64,000 nucleotides of DNA, from contig JBNZDD010013689.1 of NCBI GenBank assembly GCA_050575255.1, positions 6,264,162 through 6,328,161 of the forward strand. Direction: 5' to 3'. This stretch comes from Harriotta raleighana. Lineage: Eukaryota. Below the pieces are notes generated by a model. It was not told the DNA's origin. It worked only from the letters and a program-made list of their open reading frames with translations, and did not search any database. Shown piece after piece: positions 25,690-36,904 of the stretch (the first letter of the stretch is position 1; the number at the start of each line of letters is the position of its first letter). Both the position numbers and the translations under genes were made by a program.

Positions 25690-26673
25690 CTCACCCCTCT
25701 AGTCCAGTTTCCGCCCTGCCCACAGTACAGAGACTGCGCTTGTGAAAGTCACAAACGACGTCCTCTCTATCTGCGACCAGGGCTCCCTCTGCCTCCTTAT
25801 CCTCCTGGATATGTCCGCTGCGTTCGACATAGTCGATCACGCCACCTTCCTCCACTGCCTGTCCTCTGACCGCACTCACCTGGTTCGAGTCCTACCTCAC
25901 AAACCGCCAGCTGTACATCTCCACAAACGTTTTTTCCTCTCGCTCTCACCCGGTTACCTGTGGGTACCCCAGGGATCCATCCTTGGCCCCCTCCTCTTCC
26001 TCATCTATATGCTCCCTCTTGCGGATGTCATCCGCCGACATGGGACACACTTCCACATGTTTGCAGATGACACCCAGCTCTATTTCTCCACTTCACTTTG
26101 CGACCCCCAGTCCCCTGATGTTCTGTCAGCTTGCCTGTCAGACATCAGGAGCTGGATGAGCGCAAATTTCTTGCAGTTGAATGTTGACAAGACGAAGGCC
26201 ATACTCGTTGGCTCTCGTCAACATCTCCATTTACATGGCTCTCACCTCCTGCACCTTCCCGGTCTGCCCCTAAAACTCTCCGAACCTGTGCGCAACTTAG
26301 GCGTCAGGTTCGATCCCCAACTGTCCTTCCTCCCTCACATCCAGTCCCTCACCAGCACCACCTTCTTCCACCTCCGACTGATCGCCCGTCTCCGGTAATA
26401 CCGTACCCCAAAAGCCGCCGAAACCCTGGTCTACACCTTTGTTGCCTCTCAGCTGGACTATTGCAATGCCATCCTCTCTGGTCTCCCCTCCCTCCACAAT
26501 CCATAGAGTCCAGCTTATCCAGAACTCTGCCGCTTGCGTTCTCACCATCACTAAACTTCACTCCCACTTTTCTACCCCTGCCCCTGGCTCGGTCCCTTTG
26601 ATCTGCTATTGTGAAGCGCTCTGAGATGCCGTCTGGTGTGGAGGGTGCTATATAAATCCAAGTTGTTGTTGTT
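25690..26673 (+). mobile_element. L2 LINE RT region to 3' tail
   Basis: Motifs LLDMSAAFD, VPQGSILGPLLF, FADDTQLY and VRNLGV, plus a (gtt)n tail. Confidence 0.92.
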
Positions 26674-26686
26674 GATAATAACATAC

Positions 26687-26724
26687 CTGTGAGTTTGGAT
26701 GGATCGACGGAGATTTTGTTGTCA
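26687..26724 (-). CDS. COL6A3: 38-nt mini-exon at the C3 (unique domain) position
   Basis: Acceptor cttttacatctctag|TGAC and donor ACAG|gtatgt. Phase 2-1 is needed to join the flanking exons. Encodes (N)DNKISVDPSKLT. Confidence 0.82.
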
Positions 26725-26813
26725 CTAGAGATGTAAAAGAAAGAACCATTAGAGCTTCAACACCGGGTTTCATATCAGGTAAAGGAAGTGTCTGTTCCAC
26801 AAGGTCTGCTTAC

Positions 26814-26916
26814 TTGGGTTCGACTTGAGTTCCCCACGATCCTAGGCCTGCATCGTCACTCTGGAGCCATTCGCACTGTTTCTGCAGCTCTGGTGCCAAG
26901 TAGAATGCGTTCTCAT
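26814..26916 (-). CDS. COL6A3: Post-C2 exon (103 nt)
   Basis: Encodes ENAFYLAPELQKQCEWLQSD... Phase 1-2. Confidence 0.92.
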
Positions 26917-27714
26917 CTGAGGAGAAGAAGACATTTATTTACGGCTCTCTCAACTCTCAACAACACAACAAATTGCATTTATACAGTAGCTTTCAAGTTG
27001 GGCGGATGCTCCAATGTGCTGGGCAATGAGGGTTTGCATCCGAGCTTTGGGGTGGAGGAAGGAAGATGATCGAAGGCAAGGTCAAAAAGTAGAGTCTTGA
27101 GATGGGATTTATTGGAGGCAAGAGAGGGGGTGAGGGGCAGGGGCTTGGGGATGAGAGTTCCAGAGACAGGGGCAGGAAGGCTGAAGGCCTGACCGCCGAT
27201 AGTGGAGCAGGCTGGACGGGGAACGTGGAGAGCGTAGGGTATAGACTAGTTGGTGAAGTATTCTCCAGAAAAAGCTCTCAATACACAGCCCTGTGATCAC
27301 CAGTTGACTGATGACAGGTCCAAGGAAGCTCCAGCTTCCCCTGGGCCAGTCTTGTTTCCAGCACAACAGGATGTTGGCAGGAATATTGTCATCACCTTCA
27401 TAAGACCGGAATGATGGGGAACAAGACTGCTACAACTCCATAAAAGAGAGACAGAAAAACAGACATCAGATTCCTGGTTTAATAATCAAGTTAAACCTGG
27501 ACTGGGGCCAACCACTGAGGCAGAGGGTCACTTGGAGCAGAGGATGATAGGTAATGTCAACATCAAGAAGAGGATAATGGATAAATTGGGCAAGGCTTGT
27601 GGACAACCTGCTTTTAGTTATTGTGTAAGATGGCATGGTATGGGGAGGTAGCTGGTGGCTGATGGTGGGTGTCTTTCCCTGACTGTTTGTTACAGGAGAG
27701 TGGCCAGTACTTAC

Positions 27715-28404
27715 TGTTGATGTACTTGGGGAGAAGGCGACCGAACCTTAGTATGGTGTCGCTGTGCAACTGGGAAACGTCGGAAATGTGCTTGAAGAAG
27801 ACATCTTGAGGGGAGCTAGCCAAGTAGGGGAGGGTCTTCCTGATAATCTGTCGCTCAATGTTGAATATGACGAAGAAGTAGCCTTTGCACTTGGCTCTGG
27901 TGACTGCCACCTCCAGCTTCTCATTCTCAGCCTGCGTCAAATCTCCAGTTGTTATAATGACCACCACCTTCAGATTCCTAGGGTGGGGGGCTTTCTCAAA
28001 TACGTTTGCAATGGTCCAGTCGACAGCCTGGCCCAGGGCCCTGGTCCCTTCCAGCAGTGTCATCTTGTCCCGAATGTACTCAGTGATGGCCGCGGCAGAG
28101 GAGTGCCCAGTCAGGGTGAAATCTACCTGCACAGGGGTCAGGCTGCGGTTGGCCTGGAAGTGGTAGGGAGCGTGCTGGACCACAGCCACCCTGGCATGTC
28201 GTTGAGATGTCTCTGGATGCGTGCTGATCTCCAGCTGCTCTGTTACGTGCTCGATGAAACGTTTAATCTCTAGGAACTGGGTAGGGCTGGTGGACTCAGA
28301 GCTGTCTAGCACGAAGGCCATGTCCAGGTCTACGTCGCTGGGTTGGGGCGACCGCTTCTGCCGGAACAGCTTGTCGTCACAGAGGTTGTTGGGCTCGCAA
28401 AAAT
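27715..28404 (-). CDS. COL6A3: VWA C2 exon (690 nt) with RQKR furin-type motif
   Basis: Encodes FCEPNNLCDDKLFRQKRSPQPSDVDLDMAFVLDSSES...RFGRLLPKYIN. Confidence 0.94.
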
Positions 28405-28867
28405 CTGAGCGGGAAGAGAAAAGGGAGACAGAGTCACAGTGTCCTTCAAAATATCCTCATGGGAAGCTAGGTAGTTAGCATTGGAAACAGTGCGCAAAAT
28501 AACGAGCATTTGCAGTGCACCTATAATAAATGCAAGTGGTAATACTCGATTGGGGGAAAGGGGACACCCTGTATTTTATAGTGGGATCGTCTTGTGTTAC
28601 AATAAATAATAAATGATCATTTAACTGTATATCATTTAAAACACTTTGGGGTATCTGCTCAAAGCGAAAGGAGTTATATCAAATATAAGCGTTATTATTA
28701 GTAGTATTTAAACAGCAATTTCTTAATACAGAATAATGCTTTGGAGCACTACAAAGATGCATTGCAGCTCTAATGGTTAGTTGAAGAGGGGGCATGGAGA
28801 CACGATAATGCGGAGAGTCCTCGAGATTAGGGGTGGAGTGGCTGAAGGCACAGCCATCGATGATGCT

Positions 28868-28998
28868 TTGAGGAGGAAATATGCAATTGGATCCGGCTAC
28901 TCTACACAGATATTTGTAGCGCAGTCACAATAAACGGATACGGGATGGGAGACGTTCCCCATCAGGTCGGGAGTAAGGCAGGGATGTCCCCTATCCCC
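28868..28998 (+). mobile_element. Tx1/L1-clade RT fragment
   Basis: Encodes NWIRLLYTDICSAVTING and, after a frameshift, FPIRSGVRQGCPLSP. Confidence 0.75.
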
Positions 28999-29291
28999 CA
29001 CCCCGTTTGTCTGGACGCATTGCACAGGTGGATTTTTCATATTTTATTTTCGTGTCATAATAAATATATTTATAGATAGATATATTTTCAAAACAAAAAT
29101 CGATGATGTCAGGGTAGAATCGGACGCGAAGGAATATATCAAATGCGTCAAAAGGCTGTGTTAGCTCAGTGAAGCGGGCAGACAGGGGAGTGGGTATCAG
29201 CAGGTTAGAGAGAGGCAGGTGCTCGGACATGAAGGGAGTTGTAGGTGAGGGTGAAAGGTAAGTGGTAAACTGACAGATGGAAGTAACGTAC

Positions 29292-29379
29292 CTAAACAAA
29301 TGTGACAAGACATCACCTTTGCCATCGTTGCCTCGCCATCGCGGAAATTTAGGAGCTGCGACAGTCCGGTTTCATTTAT
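29292..29379 (-). CDS. COL6A3: C1 end exon (88 nt)
   Basis: Encodes INETGLSQLLNFRDGEATMAKVMSCHICL(D). Confidence 0.9.
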
Positions 29380-30464
29380 CTAGCAAAACAAATGCATGAC
29401 TTGAGTTAGCGTGTCACTCCTCCACACAGCAGGGACGGATGGCTCTACCATTCAGACAAAGATTCGAAGCAATGAACTGGACAAGAATAAAAACACAGCA
29501 TCCACACGTGGTCTCAAAGATTTGCTCTTTGGGAGAGAAATTCCACCTAGACTTTATTCTTATCTACGTAACATTTCATTCGTAAAGTGAATTGACTATA
29601 TATTTTCTGTGAGAATGCATTGTTTCTACCAGTAGATGTGTCCTCTACTGGTCTTACAGAAAATGCATTCTCACAGAGTAACTGAGAAATCAAACTATCG
29701 AGACTATAAATGTTCGCTCCAAAGTACATTGAATCATTTGGGTTCTGGGATATCGCTATTTTTCCTGGTGTTAGGTAGGAGCTGATGGTATTGCTCTATT
29801 ATTTTAGGTAAATCTGTGCAGATTATAAAAATATTTTTTACATTTGATTCTAATGCATTAATAATGGAATTTCTCCTCAAAGTGCTTCACACGATTCACT
29901 GTAATAAAGTGCAGTTACTCTATTTGTAGATTTAAAGCCTCATAAATTAGATTTGATGATTTGTTCATGGAATTATGGGGCTTTATTTAAGCAACTATGT
30001 ATTATACACAAAGTACAAACGATGTCGAGGAATATATCAAAAAGTCTGAATTTGACTGTACACTTCAGCTAAAGGTGGAATGAAAACATTATCTGAAGGA
30101 ATATATATGTAGCTGTGTTGACCAAATGGGAGTGTGATTTTCTGCATTTAATGAGCAGCTGCTTTATGGCCACATCCTTCCTCATGTTATCGCTTTAGAT
30201 CAGCTAACATGAATGCTCATTATGTGATTTCCTTCAGAATAATGTTTTGAGTCCCTTTTTGAGTCCCTACCTGAACAGGCAGACAAGACAGGACAGGACC
30301 ATAGGACAGGACCTCCGACAATGCAACATGCCCCCAGCAATGCACTGGATTGTCACCTTCGGCGACGTGAATTCCAAGTCCTGACTCAGAGGTGAGAGTT
30401 TTACCACTGGGCTAGGCTGACACACAATAGCAAAAGGCATGACGAGATGGGGTCAAAGCCTCAC

Positions 30465-30958
30465 CTGCAGTGCCCGGTTCAGCACGTTGTCATCTTTGGG
30501 TGGGAGGAAGACGGAGATGATGTTCTCATCGTAGATCTTCAGAACGGCTTCATTCAACTCCGGGGAGCGTTTTGTGGATCCGCTGGGGATGAACACAGCC
30601 ACCTTCCTAATCAGGAAGCCGCTACGCACGCGTTTGAAGGTATTCTTGGCCACAAATTGCATGGCATTGGCAAGGCTGGACTCCCTGCTCGAGCGGGTGA
30701 ACTGCATGTTCTGGATACGCTCGATCAGATCCCGTTTGTTCCTGGCGCTGCTGAATCGTATCTCCGTCATCACCTCAGAGTTGTAGGTCAGCACTGCCAC
30801 CCGGGCTCCCTTGGGGCAATTGCTCTCTACTATGGTCAGATTACCCACTATTTTGAGAATGAAGTCCTTGTAGCTGTTAAACTGGGCAGCACTCGAATCC
30901 TTGGATGAATCAATCACAAAGGCCAGCTCGGTTGGATAAACAGGACACTCCTTTTCAC
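30465..30958 (-). CDS. COL6A3: VWA C1 exon (494 nt)
   Basis: Encodes EKECPVYPTELAFVIDSS...NRALQ. GT-AG flanked. Confidence 0.94.
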
Positions 30959-31056
30959 CTGAGGCCAAGGAATAAGTGTGAACCAGCTTTCCTTTCAAAT
31001 CATCAAGCAAACGTCACAAAAATTTAAAAGCATTTACTTTATCCAGAGTAACTTAC

Positions 31057-31068
31057 CATAGCAGCAAG
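31057..31068 (-). CDS. COL6A3: 12-nt microexon (P)CCY(G)
   Basis: Sequence tctccttttcag|CTTGCTGCTATG|gtaagt supplies the conserved CPCCYG motif. Confidence 0.9.
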
Positions 31069-31429
31069 CTGAAAAGGAGACAAAAACAAACACAGTATAA
31101 GTGTATTTATCTGGGATGATCAACCTTCAAAGGAACTTTATATGCACAAAGCTATGCTGGGAAAAAAAAATCTCTATTTGGCACATATTCATCTTGATGA
31201 TGAAACAATTGATATGAAATATTTTATCATGATAATAATCCTTGCATTTGTTATAGTGCCTTATCACATTGTCGAAACATCTCAAAGCGCTTCATAGAAT
31301 ATACTGTAATACTGTAAAGGCTGTCTATTTTGTGGACAAAACACACCAGCCAAGTGCACACAGTAATGTCTTACAAATGCAATGGAGTAAGTGACCAATT
31401 TTATTTGGGAGATTATTGGACGGAACACC

Positions 31430-31800
31430 AGGGGAGGAGGCAGGAGGAGGAGGATGTCACCATGTGGAGCATGTAAATGTTGAAAAGTAGGGGTCCAAGA
31501 ACAGAGCCCTGGGGGACATCACAGGTGAAGTGGATGCGTTGTTGGTGGCGACAAAGTAGAGATGATGAGAGAGGTAAGAGTCGAACCAGGTGAGGGCAGG
31601 TCCGCAGAGATTGAGGTGGGAGGGAGAGGTGATGTAGGAGGATGGAATAGTCAACAGTGTGGAAGGCAGCAGAGAGGTCAAGGAGTCAGAGAGAGACCTG
31701 ATCGCTGATGTTTAGAATGTCATTAGAGACTTTGACCAGGACTGTCTCCCTACTATGGGCAGCACGGAAGCCCGATTGCAGGGGTTTGAGGAGGGAGTGG
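31430..31800 (-). mobile_element. Decayed L2 RT fragment
   Basis: ALTWFDSYLS and VPQGSVLGP-like remnants. Confidence 0.7.
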
Positions 31801-32042
31801 CCCTCAATTGTGTGTGGAACTAACCATTCTTCTGTTAAAATACAGAGGGGGAAAAAAATCAGTGGAGTTTTACTCCAGGTGCCTTTGCCTAGAGTAACAT
31901 GAGCTACTCTAATGGCGTAGCAGTCAACAGCGCCAAAGTGCTATATGTGACACTAATTGGAATTTCTACCCACACGTGTGAGTGAGTCAGACAGAGAGGA
32001 ACATCTGTCCACAGAGGTAGCTATATAACATGCGTGACTTAC

Positions 32043-32079
32043 GGCAGGAATCTCTGATCTGCTTTACGAGATCGCAAGT
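32043..32079 (-). CDS. COL6A3: Post-helix Cys exon (37 nt)
   Basis: Encodes TCDLVKQIRDSC(P). Confidence 0.9.
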
Positions 32080-32165
32080 CTGAAAAATTCGGAAACAAAT
32101 TAGATGGTTAGTTGCTGCACAATAAAATCCAAGCTGTATTTTGTAATCTGAAACACTTTACTTAC

Positions 32166-32198
32166 TCTGACAGACAAACCACGCCTTCCCTTTGAGCC
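32166..32198 (-). CDS. COL6A3: End of triple helix (33 nt)
   Basis: Encodes GSKGRRGLSVR. Confidence 0.9.
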
Positions 32199-32821
32199 CT
32201 GCAAAAAAAAGGACAGATGATAGTGTCAAAAAATCTTCAGAAATATGCGACCACTTTGCGCTCTATTTGGGCTGAGCATCGATTATGTAAAATAATCATC
32301 ATCCTTTCATTTGATAAAGCCCATTATCAAACCATTGAGATATCTTGAAGCACTTCACAGAATCTATTGTAAAGTGGATTGGCTTTATTTTGTGGGCAAA
32401 ACATGGCAGCCAATTGTGCACACCAATGTCCCACAAACAATTGTGGATTGAGTGACTATTTTTTTCTTTTTTTGAGGAATTATTATGCTAGAAAGCTATG
32501 CACCAATCAACTAACCACCAGGTTCCTACTCCTCCTAGATAAACAGGTGAGTGGAGTAAAGAAACTGGACGAACATTTTGTCCTGTCCAAGGATTGAGCC
32601 TGGGGTCTGCTCACTTTTGAGGCAAATTACCGAGGCCAGACTGCAGTGCCACACATTGTGTGTTTAAATGTGAATGATTTGCAGGAAAGGCTGAGACCAG
32701 GCGGTACGAGGGACAAGGTAGTTGAGCAGAAGGGGCCATCTTCCACCAAACTATTATGAAATTGTACAGAGATCAATTCATAAAATACTTGCGTTCCTAA
32801 ATCAAATCAAAGATACTGTAC

Positions 32822-32884
32822 CTCTGGGCCTGAATAACCATACTCTCCTTTCTGTCCGTCTGCTCCTGGCTCTCCTGAATATCC
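32822..32884 (-). CDS. COL6A3: Collagen helix exon (63 nt)
   Basis: Encodes GYSGEPGADGQKGEYGYSGPE. Confidence 0.92.
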
Positions 32885-33085
32885 CTATGTGGGGGGGAGC
32901 AAAACAATACTGTCAACATTAAAGCCGTCACCGAGGCCGTCACACACTGACCAACAGTAGAAAATGTAAAATGTGAAAGCTACTCAGCAGCAATACAAAA
33001 TCCGCAGCAAAAAGTAATCTTTAACACTGTGAAAGTGAAAAATGTCAATACCTGGTACTGCCTTTTATTTTTGGAGACCACTTAC

Positions 33086-33148
33086 CCGCCTGCCTCGGTT
33101 TCCTTTCACACCTTCCTTGCCTTTCACTCCTTTGTCCCCAAGGTAACT
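33086..33148 (-). CDS. COL6A3: Collagen helix exon (63 nt, first codon Ser instead of Gly)
   Basis: Acceptor tcaaatcag|AGT. Encodes SYLGDKGVKGKEGVKGNRGRR. Confidence 0.9.
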
Positions 33149-33244
33149 CTGATTTGAAGAACACAACACTATCTTATAAGATGATCAAAATGAGAAATGC
33201 AAAGCAGAAAAGCGAGGTGATCAGTGGGAACTTAATCCTTTTAC

Positions 33245-33280
33245 CTTTGGTCCTGGGAGTCCTAGTGGACCGCTCTCTCC
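33245..33280 (-). CDS. COL6A3: Collagen helix exon (36 nt)
   Basis: Encodes GESGPLGLPGPK. Confidence 0.92.
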
Positions 33281-34200
33281 CTGGAAAACAAAGGCCAGTC
33301 CCATCAAAACATAACTGAGGGCTTACTGCAGTGACAGAACAATTCCTTTGACTGTTGGTTATTTGATGTGGACTGGAAACAATGTGTAAAGAGCATGCTT
33401 CATTCTACGTTAATGAGGGATCAATTCACAGGCGACAGAGAGCAGAGCTGCACACAACCCCACACTATTCCTGCTGTTTTCCTTCAGTCGTTGCCCATGT
33501 GTGCAGTACTTCCACCCTGCTCTTTCCTCCGATCCATACTGACCTATCTGCTCCCTCTGCTTAGTGGCCTGCTCCACAGCCTGCCCAGCATCAGCCATCG
33601 GCCTTTCTGCCACCCTCCCTTTGAAATGCTTTCTCACAGTCCTTTCGCTCCCCTGCCCCCTTCAGAGCCTGTTTCAAGACCCTCCTCTTCAATCACACTC
33701 TCATTCACCCTCCTACCGCCCACCCTCCCTATCCTCCACCCATCTTGATTACAACCCCAATTGGGTCCAAATCCTTGACTGTCCAGCGCTTTGGGATACC
33801 TATCAACATGAAATGGAATTTGTTGGTATCGGTAAACTTCCACAAAAGCCTAGAAATTTGCGGCACAGAAGAGCCATACTTTCAGTCCCATTTCCATGCA
33901 TTTCACCTTGTAGCCACATAAATGATATTTTTAGATATCTAGTTAGCTCTCTCTTGAAAGCTAATATGGATTGTGTCTCGACTGCCACACCTGGCAGTGC
34001 ATTCCACATCCTAACAACTTCCTGTAAAGATCCTACTAATCTCTACCACTTTGTTCACTTATCAATGTTTGCAAACTGATGTCCTCAGGATACTCACTTA
34101 CCGACCAGTGGAAATATTTTCTCCCCATTGTGAACTATATGTTAATTTCACACTCTTTTGCATTTAAACAAATTTATTTTCTTCCCTGAACTTCACTGAC

Positions 34201-34251
34201 CTTTCTGCCTCTGGGTCCTGAAGTTCCGATTCCATCTTTCCCATCCTCGCC
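34201..34251 (-). CDS. COL6A3: Collagen helix exon (51 nt, conserved G-X-G interruption)
   Basis: Encodes GEDGKDGIGTSGPRGRK. Confidence 0.92.
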
Positions 34252-35058
34252 CTGCAAGAGCACAGAAATAGGCTGAGTAAATACTTGCCATACAATTATT
34301 CTGGAACAATCCTTGCTCATGATATAACACCTATACTATTGAAACATCTCAACGTGCTTTACAGTAACAAATGTTAGCGACTATGCATTTGTGGGCGAAT
34401 GAGGTAACCTAGTCCAGTACTTGGGTTCATCAGGATAATTATTTTACTAGTTCAAATTTTAAGAGGATACCAGAGATCTGTGATATTCTGTACTAAACTG
34501 TATGCTTTAAATGCACTCAGTGTACTTTGCATGAGGTACGTTGTCTATTGAGCATCCTTTTTTCGGTCAGCCAGGTATCTGCACATACAGAAACCCATCA
34601 CCAAACTGAGAATTCTATGCATCCCACCTACATGTGGAAATTCCACAGATAGATTGTTGGAATGGAGTATGCACGCTCTCCCTGAAGGAACGCACCCCAT
34701 TTGCAAGAGCGAAGGCTTTGGGGTCCCAGAGTGAGGGTTGGAGTGCCTGCTGGAGACAAACCAGCTAAAAATACATAACTTGCCATTGATATTGCTATCT
34801 GGTAAACATTCCCCTGCTTGTCCAGGTAGGAAACCCTACCCATAGGGGCTTTGGCTTGCAGAGACAACAGGAGTTGAGTGGGAGGGTTCCCTGTTCCTAT
34901 TGAGTCGTCAGCCCTTCCAGGTCCTACCGATTAGCCAGGCTGGCTGATCTTTCATGAGCAGTGCCCTGGAATACTGCAGACACATCTGACTCAGCTACTT
35001 GACAACAGATCTTATCAAGATTCTAGCAAACAGGACAATGCAAAGAGTGAGCACTAAC

Positions 35059-35121
35059 CATTTCTCCACGAGGTCCAACAGGTCCACGTTCGCCCTTCAC
35101 ACCAGAGATGCCGGGCTCACC
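35059..35121 (-). CDS. COL6A3: Collagen helix exon (63 nt)
   Basis: Encodes GEPGISGVKGERGPVGPRGEM. Confidence 0.92.
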
Positions 35122-35221
35122 CTGAAAGCAACACATCAGTTAAAACTGAGCATCAGTAAACCGCAAATCAATTAATTTCATGAACTCAATGGAATCAGGT
35201 ACTTTATAGAAGTCCACTCAC

Positions 35222-35284
35222 CTTCCTCCCATTTGGCCCACTCCTACCATTGTCACCATCTGTTCCTGGAGCCCCAAGTGGTCC
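35222..35284 (-). CDS. COL6A3: Collagen helix exon (63 nt)
   Basis: Encodes GPLGAPGTDGDNGRSGPNGRK. Confidence 0.92.
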
Positions 35285-36115
35285 CTAAACAAAAGAAAGA
35301 ACCTCTTAAACAATTATCAAAAAGTAGACAGCAACTCAGCCCTGCAAAGCACTGTTAACCTTCATATTCCCTTTGCACACTCCATCACCCTCACCTCCTC
35401 CCCACCCAAAATAATGTTTTAACTTGTGCTCATTGGCAGGAGGAATATCAGGGTTTAAGGGACGGGAAAACCAGACAGCAATTTTAGATCTAGTAAAGCC
35501 TAGGCAAAAGCCAGATCTATTTGATCTCAGATCAGTTGCAGTATTGGTTAGATACAGAATGAAGATCTCTCCATACTGTCCTTTCCGCATCCCATGCCAT
35601 TTACAGTATGAGTTACAAATAGAGTGTAACTTCTTCGACCCGGCCCATCCAGCACTCTCGGATCAGCTACATTTCAGTTATCTACATATTTACTCACTCT
35701 GGAAAATGCATTCCTCTGCAGGTAAACCCATAAACCTCACAATTATATTCTAGGTTTTAACTCACAAAGGGTGCTGAAAGTTACCTTGGGGAAATACATG
35801 CCTGGGGGAAAATATAAATTAGATGGAAAATCACATTAAATTGATTTAGGACTGTTACAGCTGCCAAAAGTTTATTCTGAATTGATACAGGATAGAGAGG
35901 ATTTTTTTTTGAAAACCATTGGGAGACCCTATACAATTAGATCAGATCAAGTCTAGAGCTCACGCGTTTAGGGTAAAACTCCCTAGCTCAGAGTCAAACA
36001 AAGCTAGTGAAGTTGTCTGAGACCCTACCGCACTTGAAGTGGACTATTTAAAGTGTTGTATGTATCTGAGAAATGGTTACATGTTCCTTGTCGTTCCTCC
36101 TTCAGCTCAACTTAC

Positions 36116-36178
36116 CCGTGGCCCTCGCATGCCGGGTGCACCAATTAACCCAGGCTGGCCTCCGCTTCCCGGTGGACC
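36116..36178 (-). CDS. COL6A3: Collagen helix exon (63 nt)
   Basis: Encodes GPPGSGGQPGLIGAPGMRGPR. Confidence 0.92.
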
Positions 36179-36841
36179 CTGACAATAAAAACAAAATGAT
36201 CAGTTGTGTGATCTGCATTTCAATGATCCTTGAGATCTTATAAATTATAATACAATAAACTTTGCATAAGTTGTATCAGTCAGGAGCATAACATGCCTTA
36301 CATGACTTGCGCACAGTCCGCGTTGCATGCAAACTATTTAACTTATGTATAATTCAGCGCCTTGGGACGTCCTCCTGACGTGAAACGCGCTCTATAAGTG
36401 TAATTTTGTTGTTGTTGTTGTTGTAGATGGTAAGTGCGCATAAGGTAGTTTGTCACTACAGATGGTAAGTACTTATGCAGTGACGGGTCAAGACTACATT
36501 TCTCCCAATACAATGCGACATCCTTGCGGGCGCACATGAAGCAACAAGTGTCGGAATTGATTCATGAAGAAATTAAGTTCTTCTGTGCACGCACGGTATA
36601 TCAAGACTATGTTTACCGAGATTCAAAGCAACTGGTAAGTGCAGGAGTAATGGAGGATAGAGCAGTGTTATGAGTTATTAGGAGAATAATATTACTAGTA
36701 CAAAGAAATCTAAATGATTTTTTATTGGAAATTGAATGGGAATCTGGTGAATATACGATTAGGCAATTATATCATTTATAAACATAAGACTTATGCAAGT
36801 GTTACATTTGTCAAAGGTCTTTTTACGTATCTAATACCTAC

Positions 36842-36904
36842 TTGTGGGCCTCTGAATCCTGACTCCCCCGCACTGCCTGGGGGTCCTGCAGCACCTTTGT
36901 CGCC
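36842..36904 (-). CDS. COL6A3: Collagen helix exon (63 nt)
   Basis: Encodes GDKGAAGPPGSAGESGFRGPQ. Confidence 0.92.

Noticed and set aside
27764-28273. Plus-strand ORFs overlapping VWA exons (also 30447-30908, 46408-46803, 54952-55293, 56829-57197)
   Set aside because: Antisense shadows of COL6A3 coding exons.
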